A stretch of 64,000 nt of DNA, from assembly GCA_036675475.1 (NCBI GenBank), contig JAKFEY010000027.1:47012-111011 (forward strand), in the 5' to 3' direction. How positions within the stretch are numbered: the first letter of the stretch is position 1; every line of letters begins with the position of its first letter. Below, in pieces: positions 24,324 to 32,750 of the stretch. This DNA comes from Vicinamibacterales bacterium. Its GTDB lineage: Bacteria; Acidobacteriota; Vicinamibacteria; Vicinamibacterales; SCN-69-37. Position numbers and translations under genes: made by a program. Below the pieces are notes generated by a model, which searched no databases, was not told where the DNA came from, and saw only the letters and a program-made list of their open reading frames with translations.

Positions 24324-25673
24324 TCAGCGCTGAAGACGGTACCGGTCACGCTCGCGAAGGTCGTCGGCCTCGATCTCGCGCGTCATCGCGCCGCGTCCGG
24401 TGAAGTATCGCATCACGGTCGCGCCGAGACGGGCCGGTACGACCGTGACCTGATTGCGCGCCACCTCGGCGAAGTTCACGGGACCGCGGCTGGGCACGAT
24501 ATTGAGGCCCCATTGGAACACGAACCCGGCGTTCCAGAGGCACAGCACGGCGATGGCCGCCGCCGGCAGCAGGCGCGCGCGGCCGCGCATCCAGTCGAGT
24601 GCCAGCGCCACGCCAGGCACGAACACCGGCACCAGCGACACGAAGAAGCGGTTGCCGAACGACGACTGCCCGTGCCAGTTCTGATAGCTGGCGATCACGT
24701 AGAACAACAGCGCCCAGGCCACCAGGATCACGCGCGCGCGCGCGTCTCCGCGGGCCAGCGCCAGCAGGCCCGCCAGGGCCAGCGCGACGATGGGCGTCCA
24801 CAGCAGCAGGCCATGTTCGGGCGAAAGCGCCGTGGCCAGCAGCCGCGGTGCGGTCCAGAAGAACTCGTCGCGATACCCGGTGCCGAACGATCCGTACACC
24901 GCCCAGCGCGACCAGAGATGCAGCGCGGCCAACGGCAGGGCGCCGGCGCAGAACGCGGCGAGCCGCACCGCCCTCTCCTTCGCGCCGTGGGTCCGCGCGA
25001 CGCGCCAGAGCACCGCAACGAGAAACACCGCGTGCACGAAATACACCGCCACCATCAGGCCGCCGAACGCGCCCCATGCGGCCCACGCCTGCACGACGCT
25101 GCGCTCGTCCTCGTCGACGCGCAGCAGCCCCCACCAGAAGAAGAGGCCGGTCGCAAACGCGGCGAGCGCGTGTACGTGAAACGGCAGCAGGTACATGTAG
25201 ACCGGCAGCGACGAGGCGCCGAGCAGCGCGGCGGCGGCCGGCACCGCCCATCGCCCCACGCGCATGCCGCGCGCGATCGCCACGCCGAGCACGAGCGACA
25301 GGAAGCCGTAGATGGCGGTGCCGAGCGCGGCAGACCACAGATAGATCGGCGAATATCCATCGGCGGGGCCCGCGCCTGCGAGCGCCAGCACGTGCGCCAC
25401 GGCAAAGAACGGCAGCCACAACAGCGCGGGCCCGATGCTCCACTGGTTCGCGGCTCTGCCGGCGGGCGTCGTCATCTCCCGCGCCGGCCGGCCCGCCTCG
25501 TCGATGAAGCCGGCGCGGAACATCGGATCGGCGCGCTGATACTCGTTGGCGAAATCGACGTCGCCGTCGATCAGGGGCGATCGCAGCCACGCGTAGTAGC
25601 CGTTGCCGTCGCCGCGCAGGTACGGATTGACGAACAGCAGTGACAGCGCGAAGAGCGCGGCAAACACCTTCAT
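24324..25673 (-). CDS. GT-C-like (ArnT/PMT-like) polytopic membrane protein
   Basis: Start MKVFAALF at 25671-25673, forming ATGA with the upstream stop. The first loop is GDGNGYYAWLRSPLIDGDVDFANEY, followed by many TM helices. Confidence 0.45.
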   Translation of the reverse strand: MKVFAALFALSLLFVNPYLRGDGNGYYAWLRSPLIDGDVDFANEYQRADPMFRAGFIDEAGRPAREMTTPAGRAANQWSIGPALLWLPFFAVAHVLALAGAGPADGYSPIYLWSAALGTAIYGFLSLVLGVAIARGMRVGRWAVPAAAALLGASSLPVYMYLLPFHVHALAAFATGLFFWWGLLRVDEDERSVVQAWAAWGAFGGLMVAVYFVHAVFLVAVLWRVARTHGAKERAVRLAAFCAGALPLAALHLWSRWAVYGSFGTGYRDEFFWTAPRLLATALSPEHGLLLWTPIVALALAGLLALARGDARARVILVAWALLFYVIASYQNWHGQSSFGNRFFVSLVPVFVPGVALALDWMRGRARLLPAAAIAVLCLWNAGFVFQWGLNIVPSRGPVNFAEVARNQVTVVPARLGATVMRYFTGRGAMTREIEADDLRERDRYRLQR

Positions 25674-26749
25674 GCCGCGTAGGCCTCGAGGCAGCGCTGC
25701 GCGGTGGCCGGCCACGTGAATCGCGCCAGCACCGCCGCACGCGCGCGGCGTCCCATCTCGAGACGGCGCGCCGGATCGGCCGTGAGCGCGGCGATGGCGG
25801 ATCGAATGGCTGCCGGATCGTTCGGTGCCACGACAAACCCCGTGACGCCATCCTCAACCAGTTCCGGCAGCGAGCCGACGCGCGAGACGATCGGCGGCGT
25901 CCCGCACGCCATCGACTCGAGCGCCACGAGTCCGAGCAGCTCCGGCACGTTCGTTTCGCTGCCGCCCCACGCCTTGTACACGGACGGCACGACCGTCGCC
26001 AGCGCCCCGCCATACAACGCCGGCAATTCCTCGTCGCCGACATCGTCACGAAACGCGACGCGCGTGCCGGCCGCCGCGTCGCGCAGCATCCGCGCGTACG
26101 GCGCATCGTACGGCTGCCCGGCAATCAGCAGCGTCATGTCTCCATCCATCGCGGCGATCGCATGCTCGACGCCCTTGTGGCGGACCAGACGTCCAACAAA
26201 GAGCACCCGATGCGGGTCGGGGGCCCCTGTGGGCACGAACGTTTCGGACACGCCGCCGTACACGACCACTGATCGGCGGGGCCGGCGGGCCGGCGGCGCG
26301 GCGTTCCACAGGCGGCGCGAGTACTCGGACAAGAGCAGCATGCCGGTGGCGCGCGGCAGAATCGGCAGGCGCAACGAGAGCGCGCCGGTGTGCCCGCCGC
26401 CGAGATCCGTGACGAAGATGCGCTTGCCCAGGAGGCGCGCCGCCAGAATCGCGGCGCTGGTCGTGGCGGTGTCGGCCTGATGGCAGTGAATGACGTCGGC
26501 GCGCGCGATCTCGCGGTACAGCGCGGGCTGCCAGGGGTTGCCTGCAAGCGGCGCGCGGCCCGCGCCGCGGCGCAGCAGGCGCACGCGCAGCGCCCCGTCC
26601 GCGCGCTCGGCCGGCGCGGCATCGAAACTCAGGAACGTGGTGGGCGTCATGACGGCGCACGCGCGTGCGAGCTCCCAGGCGTACCGCTCACCGCCGCCGA
26701 TCACCGACGTCGATCCGAACCATGTCGGGGAGATGTGCAGCACGTTCAT
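25670..26749 (-). CDS. Glycosyltransferase family 4 (GT-B)
   Basis: Start MNVLHISPTWFG at 26747-26749 (ATGA overlap). The C-terminus LLGLVALESMACGTPPIVSRVGSLPELVEDGVTGF matches the family. Confidence 0.8.
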   Translation of the reverse strand: MNVLHISPTWFGSTSVIGGGERYAWELARACAVMTPTTFLSFDAAPAERADGALRVRLLRRGAGRAPLAGNPWQPALYREIARADVIHCHQADTATTSAAILAARLLGKRIFVTDLGGGHTGALSLRLPILPRATGMLLLSEYSRRLWNAAPPARRPRRSVVVYGGVSETFVPTGAPDPHRVLFVGRLVRHKGVEHAIAAMDGDMTLLIAGQPYDAPYARMLRDAAAGTRVAFRDDVGDEELPALYGGALATVVPSVYKAWGGSETNVPELLGLVALESMACGTPPIVSRVGSLPELVEDGVTGFVVAPNDPAAIRSAIAALTADPARRLEMGRRARAAVLARFTWPATAQRCLEAYAA

Positions 26750-27996
26750 ACGTGCTCCCGTACGGGCGCCCGGAAGTGCCGCTCGACGGCCGCCGCCGTC
26801 ACGATGAGCACGATGAAGAAGCTGGCCACGGTGGCCATCGCGGCGCCTGCGGTTCCGCGCAAGGGAATGAGCACGAGATTCAGCGCGACGTTGGCGGCCG
26901 CGCCGATGCCGAGCGCGATCACGCTGTCGCGCTCGCGCCCGATGCTGATGAGCAGATTGCCGCCGGCGAGCGCCAGATAGAGGCACACGGTGGCCCAGAC
27001 CAGATAGCGCAGCGGCGCGCCGGCCGCGCGGTACGGCTCGCCGAACGCAAGCGCGGTGAGGTGCGGCGCGATCGCCGTGATCACGATCCCGAGCGGCAGC
27101 GCCACGGCCGCAAAATGCGCAACCGTCTTGTAATAGACCTGCCTCAGCCGCGCGCGATCGTCGGTCGCGAGCCGGGACATGATCGGATAGATCGTGGCCA
27201 TCACGAGCAGCGGAAACTTCTCGAGCAGGCTGGTGATGCGATACGCCGCGCCGTACTGCCCCACCGCGTCGAGCGACACCATCCGCTCGAGCATGAGGAA
27301 ATCAATGCGGTTGACCAGCGCGGTGAGCAGCAGCGTGGTACCGATGGGGATGGCGGATCGCAGCAGCAGGCGCCATTCGGCGCGGTCGGCGCGCACGCGC
27401 ACATGCACCAGCCGCCGCGACAGCCCGTACACCATCGCCAGGCCGATGATTTCCGAGACCAGGAGCGCGCCCAGCACGCCCAGCACGCCGCTGCCCGCCG
27501 CCACCATCAGGAGGATCAGCAGCAGGCCGCTCACGCGCCAGACGATGGTGACCGCCGCGGCCAGATCGAAACGCATCGACGTCTGGAAAATCATCGCGGG
27601 GACGTTCAGCGCGCTGAGCGGCAGGATCAGCGCGAAGAGCGCCAGCGGCGGCCGCAGCGACGGGTCCATGGGCCAGAGCCAGATCGCGACCCAGGCCGCG
27701 GCCAGGGCGGCAGCGGAAATCCAGAGACGAAGGCTAATCGCCGCGCCGATGATGGCGCCCGCGCGCGCCGGCGACTGCGACACTTCGCGCACCACGATCG
27801 TGTTGACGCCGAGATCGTTGAGCGCGAGAAAGAGGAACATGAAGGCGAACGCGTAATTGAACGCGCCGAAGCCGGCGACATCGAGATGGCGCGACAGCAC
27901 CATCGTGCTGGCCAGACCGCACGCCATCGCGATGGCCTCGGCGACGGTCTGAAGGCTCAGGTTCCGGATGACGAGCTGCCGCAGTCCCGCCTGCAT
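26746..27996 (-). CDS. wzx: Polysaccharide flippase (Wzx / MOP superfamily)
   Basis: Start MQAGLRQLVIRNL at 27994-27996. The protein is 416 aa with about 12 TM segments and a typical polysaccharide-biosynthesis-protein N-terminus. Confidence 0.8.
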   Translation of the reverse strand: MQAGLRQLVIRNLSLQTVAEAIAMACGLASTMVLSRHLDVAGFGAFNYAFAFMFLFLALNDLGVNTIVVREVSQSPARAGAIIGAAISLRLWISAAALAAAWVAIWLWPMDPSLRPPLALFALILPLSALNVPAMIFQTSMRFDLAAAVTIVWRVSGLLLILLMVAAGSGVLGVLGALLVSEIIGLAMVYGLSRRLVHVRVRADRAEWRLLLRSAIPIGTTLLLTALVNRIDFLMLERMVSLDAVGQYGAAYRITSLLEKFPLLVMATIYPIMSRLATDDRARLRQVYYKTVAHFAAVALPLGIVITAIAPHLTALAFGEPYRAAGAPLRYLVWATVCLYLALAGGNLLISIGRERDSVIALGIGAAANVALNLVLIPLRGTAGAAMATVASFFIVLIVTAAAVERHFRAPVREHV

Positions 27997-29180
27997 CACG
28001 ACGGGCCCGGAAGCGCGCGATACACCTCGTCGAGCGCGGCGAGATGCCGCTCCGGAGAGAACAGGCGCGCGGCGCGCGCGGCGCCGGCGGCGCCCATCGC
28101 GCGGCCGCGCGCGGGATCGTCCAGAACGCGCGTGATGGCGTCCGCGAGGGCAGCCGCGTCGAGAGGCGTCGCCAGCAGTCCGGTCTCGCCATGCGCCAGC
28201 CACTCGGGAATGCCCCCGGTGGCAAACGCCACCACGGGCCGCGCGTGCGCCATGGCCTCGAGGCCGAGAATGCCCGACGGTTCGGGCCAGCGCGACGGCA
28301 TCACCACCACCGACGCGCGGGCGAACAGCGCCGCCATGCCGGCCTCGTCCTGCCAGCCGGCAAACTCGATGTCCCCGCTCAGGCCCAGGCGATCGGCCAG
28401 CGCGCGAGTCGCGGCAGCCTCGATGCCGTCGCCCGCGATAATCGCGCGCCACGGACGCGGCACCTTCGTGAGCGCCGCGAGGAAAAGATCGAGGCCTTTC
28501 TCGCGCACGATCCGGCCGCCCGTCAGAATCACGCGCGGCTCCGGCTCGCTCGCCGCGGGCGCGGGTTCGACGAAATACGGCACCACGTCGACTTGCGCGC
28601 CCGGATAACCGGTTTCACGCGCCTTGCGCGCCACATACTCGGACGCCACGAGAATCTTCGCGTAGTCCGCGTTGTTGCGATTGGCGTCGACCGCGCGCCG
28701 CTGCAGCCGCAGCCACACCGACGGCCGGCGGCTTGTCGTGCACGACAGATAGCCCATGCGCGGCAGGCACAGCGCACTGGTCGGATACACGCACGCGCGG
28801 TCGCGCGCGTGATGAAATTTCGTGTTGCTGGGACAGAAGTCGAAGACGTGCAGCGTCTTGGTGGCGCGATACCGCTCGCGGACGCGCTGTTCGAGCAGAA
28901 AGTTGTTCGAGCTCTGGATGTGGACGACGTCGGGCGCAAACCCGCGGATGACGTCGAGGGCCGCGGCCGCCGCCGCCTCCTGATGCCCGCGCGGCTGGTC
29001 GTACCGGGCGCATCCGGGCACGCAGTCGTCGCGCACGCCGTCGAGCGCCGCGGCGCCCTGGTCGCCGTGCACCACCTGCACGCTGTCGCCGCGTGCCACG
29101 AGCCGGCGGGCCAGACGGTGCACGTACGAGGCGACGCCCCCGTTGCGGCGCCATTCGTCCGAGAGAAAAGTGACCCGCAT
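27996..29180 (-). CDS. Glycosyltransferase family 4 (GT-B)
   Basis: 394 aa with EPSGILGLEAMAHARPVVAFATGGIPEWLAHGETGLL. Confidence 0.8.
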   Translation of the reverse strand: MRVTFLSDEWRRNGGVASYVHRLARRLVARGDSVQVVHGDQGAAALDGVRDDCVPGCARYDQPRGHQEAAAAAALDVIRGFAPDVVHIQSSNNFLLEQRVRERYRATKTLHVFDFCPSNTKFHHARDRACVYPTSALCLPRMGYLSCTTSRRPSVWLRLQRRAVDANRNNADYAKILVASEYVARKARETGYPGAQVDVVPYFVEPAPAASEPEPRVILTGGRIVREKGLDLFLAALTKVPRPWRAIIAGDGIEAAATRALADRLGLSGDIEFAGWQDEAGMAALFARASVVVMPSRWPEPSGILGLEAMAHARPVVAFATGGIPEWLAHGETGLLATPLDAAALADAITRVLDDPARGRAMGAAGAARAARLFSPERHLAALDEVYRALPGPS

Positions 29181-29202
29181 CAGGCCGGAGTGTCAGGCGC
29201 TG

Positions 29203-30087
29203 TCAGAAGCGGCGCTGGGCAACGATGATCTGATCTTCTTCCCGGACGATGGTGTTGACGTCGGCGTCGAAGTCCTTGTACTTGCCGTCGACCAGCCGCC
29301 GGATCTTGAGGCGGCTATACGTGCCGCGCTCGGTGAGGCCGCCCGCCGCGGCAATCGCCTTGCCGACCGTGAGATCGGGCGTCCAGACCTGCGGCCCCGT
29401 CTGCTTCACGTAGCCGTTGAGGAAGAACTGCGGCGCCTTGGGCACGAACACCTGATCGCCGTCCTGCAGCTGCGGGTCGGATCGCAGCGCGTCCAGGTCG
29501 GCGCGCTCCACGCGCTGCGTCATGTAGCTGTCGGGCCCGACTTCTCCGGCTGCCGTGCCCGGCTTCTTTCGCCGAATCTCGACGTACGACCCGGCCAGCG
29601 CCGTGAGCTGGGCCTTCGACAGGGCGCGCGACAGCGTCATCTCAGTACCCTGAAGCGTCAGATCGCCAGGCGAGTTGACCTGCCCCTTCACCTGGATCGT
29701 CTGGCTGCGATACGCGATGACGCCGGCCACCACCTGGGGATTACTCAAGTACTTGCCGTCGACCAGACGCTTGCGAACCTCGGCTTCGATGCCGCGGATC
29801 GACAGGCCGGCCACTTTCAGATCGCCAATAAACGGAAAGTTGATGAGGCCGTCCGGCCCGACCTTGAACTCTTTCGGCAGCTCCGCCTCGCCGTAGATGA
29901 CGATGCTGAGCTCGTCGTCCGGGCCAACCTCGTAGGCTTTGGCGTCGGGCGCCGGGAGTGCGGGCGCCTGGGCGGCGGCCGGCGGCGCGGCCGGCGGCGG
30001 TGGCGGCTGCTGTGCCGACGACTGCGCCGCGGCGGGCGACGCCGCCAGCAGCGCGATGAAGCAGAGCGAAAGCATGCGGGTAGTCAT
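29203..30087 (-). CDS. Polysaccharide export protein (Wza-like, Poly_export + SLBB)
   Basis: It has a signal peptide, then YEVGPDDELSIVIYGEAELPKEFKVGPDGLINFPFIGDLKVAGLSIRGIEAEV (Poly_export motif). The C-terminal DGDQVFVP is SLBB-like. Confidence 0.85.
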   Translation of the reverse strand: MTTRMLSLCFIALLAASPAAAQSSAQQPPPPPAAPPAAAQAPALPAPDAKAYEVGPDDELSIVIYGEAELPKEFKVGPDGLINFPFIGDLKVAGLSIRGIEAEVRKRLVDGKYLSNPQVVAGVIAYRSQTIQVKGQVNSPGDLTLQGTEMTLSRALSKAQLTALAGSYVEIRRKKPGTAAGEVGPDSYMTQRVERADLDALRSDPQLQDGDQVFVPKAPQFFLNGYVKQTGPQVWTPDLTVGKAIAAAGGLTERGTYSRLKIRRLVDGKYKDFDADVNTIVREEDQIIVAQRRF

Positions 30088-30094
30088 GGTTGAC

Positions 30095-30179
30095 GGAAAC
30101 TCACTTGACTGCCGTGGTCTCGGCGCTCCCGCGCCGCTACGAAGCGAACCCGTCTACCACGGCAAGTCAAGTGGTTTCC
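30095..30179. repeat. Long imperfect inverted repeat (23-nt arms, 39-nt spacer) filling the OMP/Wza-like intergenic space
   Basis: The left arm GGAAACTCACTTGACTGCCGTGG (30095-30117) pairs with the right arm CCACGGCAAGTCAAGTGGTTTCC (30157-30179). 22 positions pair, with two 1-nt bulges. The spacer holds a small GGCGC-TCCC-GCGCC hairpin. Confidence 0.7.
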
Positions 30180-30183
30180 GGGG

Positions 30184-31425
30184 CTAAAAGCTGAAGCCGA
30201 CCGTGGTGAAAATGCGCGGCGTATCGTAGCGGCGCCCGGCCAGCACCGACTCGCGGACCGCGCGCTCGGCCGTGAGGCCAAGCCGCGTGCCCGGATATCC
30301 GCGGAGGAAAAACCCGAATCCGCCGCCGTACGCGTAGACGCGGTCGGTCCGAGGGTCGGCCGCCTGCCCGATGGGATCCTCGTAGACGAGGTCATAGTAA
30401 CGCCCCGTCCCGATGATTTCGAACCGGTCGTGCGGCCGCCAGGCGACCGACGTGGTGCCGCCCTGCTGCACGTAGAACGTGTAGGCCTCGTCGCCCGACC
30501 AGGCCAGATCCCGATCGGCGCCGAACGCGATCCGTATCTGATCCCACAGCACGAAGGCGGCGCTCGCGCGCGCCACCGGGCCCGAAAACGACGGCGCGAG
30601 CGGATCGCGCGCCTTGCGCTCGCGCCAGCCGGCCTCGATGTAGCCTTCGATGGCCGCGTCGCGCTTGCCCTCGATGCCCGCGAACACCGCGATGTCGTCG
30701 GCATCGCGAATGGTCGCGACGTCGAACCGCGCGCGGCTCACTTCGCCCGAGAAGCGGAACGACGACAGCGGCGAGATCTCATACAGCAGCTGCAGCGCCA
30801 GGTCCTGATACCGCGCGTCGAGGGCGGCGGCGAGCGACGCGCCCTCGAACATCTCCTCGTCCTGATACTCGATTTCGCGATGCCTGTAGGTCAGGCGCGT
30901 GCCGAGACGGAAGCCGGGCCGGAACTCGAGGCCGGCTTCGTAGGCCGGCATTTCGCGGCCCGCGCGCTCATCGATTTCCAGGCCGGCGCGATCGTGCGAC
31001 TTGCGGCGCTCCATCGCGATCCACGGACGCAGCCGCGGATTGCGCACCTCGAGCTGCGTACGCGTGTTGCCGTCGATCGCGCGCTCCGATCGAAAGTGCG
31101 CGTAATAAATGTAGTTGCTGTCGGTCCGCACGGTGAAGCGCGCCGGGCCGAAGCGCAGCCCGGCGAGCATCCCCATGTTCACCGTCGCCATCCAGTCCGA
31201 CTGCGGGTCGGCAGGGTCGTTGAACACGTTGTTGTCGCGGCCCACGTCGCGCAACCCGAAATTCGGCTGCACGAAGAGCGGCCCCAGGCGGATCTTCGCG
31301 GTCTCCGCGGGGTCCTCGACAGGCCCACTGGGCGGCGGCGGTCCCGTTTGCGCGCGCGCGGCCGCGGGCAGCGCGGCACAGGCCAGCGCCAGGACGAACC
31401 GCAGCGTGAATTGTCGTAGCGTCAC
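30184..31425 (-). CDS. Outer-membrane beta-barrel protein (EPS-locus associated)
   Basis: It has the signal peptide ...AALPAAARAQ, alternating beta-strand pattern throughout, and a C-terminal ...TTVGFSF ending in Phe, which is an OMP signature. Confidence 0.6.
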   Translation of the reverse strand: MTLRQFTLRFVLALACAALPAAARAQTGPPPPSGPVEDPAETAKIRLGPLFVQPNFGLRDVGRDNNVFNDPADPQSDWMATVNMGMLAGLRFGPARFTVRTDSNYIYYAHFRSERAIDGNTRTQLEVRNPRLRPWIAMERRKSHDRAGLEIDERAGREMPAYEAGLEFRPGFRLGTRLTYRHREIEYQDEEMFEGASLAAALDARYQDLALQLLYEISPLSSFRFSGEVSRARFDVATIRDADDIAVFAGIEGKRDAAIEGYIEAGWRERKARDPLAPSFSGPVARASAAFVLWDQIRIAFGADRDLAWSGDEAYTFYVQQGGTTSVAWRPHDRFEIIGTGRYYDLVYEDPIGQAADPRTDRVYAYGGGFGFFLRGYPGTRLGLTAERAVRESVLAGRRYDTPRIFTTVGFSF

Positions 31426-31614
31426 GAGCCCCCAGCCGTTTCCGAGGCGACAGCTCCGCCCCGTCGCTACACGCGTGACGTGCGGGTACGGGAGCCCTCG
31501 TCGAGCCTTCGAGTTGACCTTTGTGTCCTATATCGTCCCATTCGCACGCGTCACTGTCAACGAGCCGGCGGAATCCGCAAGTTCAGCCGCAGCAGTAACT
31601 TCCGGCTATCCGGC

Positions 31615-32739
31615 TCAGCCGTGGGCGTGAAGCGCCAGGTAGGTCTCGAGAACCGGCTGCGCCACCCGGTCCCACGTGAACGAACGCGCGGCGTCGGCGC
31701 GCGCCGCCCCCCCGAGCGCAGCCCGGAGGCCGGCGTCGGCCGCCAGGCGCCCGAGTGCGCCAGCGACGGCCGCCGGGTCACGCATCGGCACCAGCAACCC
31801 ATTGCGCCCATCGTCGATCACGTCTTTCATGCCGCAGGTGCGGGTCGTCACGATCGGCAGGCCACTCGCCATGGCCTCCATGAGCACCAGGGGCGTGCCC
31901 TCGAAAAGGCTCGGCAGGACGAAGAGGCCGGCCGACGCATAGATCCGCGCCGCCTCCTCGTCGGTCGCGGCGGAAACCAGGCGGACGCGCGATGCCGCCG
32001 CACCGAAGGCGTGCAGGACGGCGGCGTCCGGTACGCCCGCGCCGAAAATCGTCAGGGTGAGGTTCGGCCGGTCGCGCCAGAGCAGCTGCATCGCCGGCAC
32101 GAGATCCTCGATGCCCTTGTTCTTCCGCCAGGTCCCGGCGAAGAGCACGCTGCGGCACTCGCCATAGTCGCGCGCGGATGCCGCGGCGGCATACACATCG
32201 GAGGCGCCGGGAAAGATCCGAAGGATCGCCGAGGCGTCGCGGCCCCGCTCCCGCAGCGCCATTGCATCGTCGCTGTTGAGGACGAACACGCGATCGGCCA
32301 GCGCGAGCGCGGTGCGCGCCTGGGTGAGCACGGTAGGCGGATGGAACCAGCGGGCACGGCGCGACGGGCCCTGGCGGCCCAGCTTCGCCTCCTCCACCGC
32401 GAGGGCCCATGCGCGCTGCTCGAGCCCGTGGCTCGTGACCACGAGCGGCGGCAACAGGCCGGCGCGGCGCAGCAAAGCGGCCGGCGCGGCGCTGGGCTCG
32501 TGCACGTTGAGGATGTCGTAGCCGCGTCCGGCGCGCTTCGCGGCAAGCGCCCGCCGCGCGACCAGGGCCGGGAATGCCAGGCGCGCCGCGGCGCCGCCGA
32601 ACCGCGGCGGCAGATCGTCGCTCGTCAGGTAGTCGACGTCATGCCCTGCGCGCGCGACCACGTCATGGATGAATCCCATGATGCGGCTCATGCCGCCCTG
32701 GCGGGCGCGCGGCACGTTATGGGCGACGAGAATCCTCAT
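31615..32739 (-). CDS. Glycosyltransferase family 4 (GT-B)
   Basis: Start MRILVAHNVPRARQGGMSR at 32737-32739 inside track ORF 31615..33423. It has FEGTPLVLMEAMASGLPIVTTRTCGMKDVIDDGRNGLL. Confidence 0.8.
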   Translation of the reverse strand: MRILVAHNVPRARQGGMSRIMGFIHDVVARAGHDVDYLTSDDLPPRFGGAAARLAFPALVARRALAAKRAGRGYDILNVHEPSAAPAALLRRAGLLPPLVVTSHGLEQRAWALAVEEAKLGRQGPSRRARWFHPPTVLTQARTALALADRVFVLNSDDAMALRERGRDASAILRIFPGASDVYAAAASARDYGECRSVLFAGTWRKNKGIEDLVPAMQLLWRDRPNLTLTIFGAGVPDAAVLHAFGAAASRVRLVSAATDEEAARIYASAGLFVLPSLFEGTPLVLMEAMASGLPIVTTRTCGMKDVIDDGRNGLLVPMRDPAAVAGALGRLAADAGLRAALGGAARADAARSFTWDRVAQPVLETYLALHAHG

Positions 32740-32750
32740 CGCCTGCCGGA

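Noticed and set aside
24346-26124. 592-aa minus-strand ORF in another frame over the GT-C-like and GT4 genes; also 24513..25643 on the plus strand
   Set aside because: These translations are Arg-rich with no TM pattern or family motifs. The chosen frames give coherent membrane and GT-B proteins with coupled junctions.
31555-31560. TTGACA (minus strand) upstream of the OM-barrel gene as a -35 box
   Set aside because: No convincing -10 hexamer lies at 16-19 nt spacing; the candidates GACGAT and CGATAT are weak. I left it uncalled.
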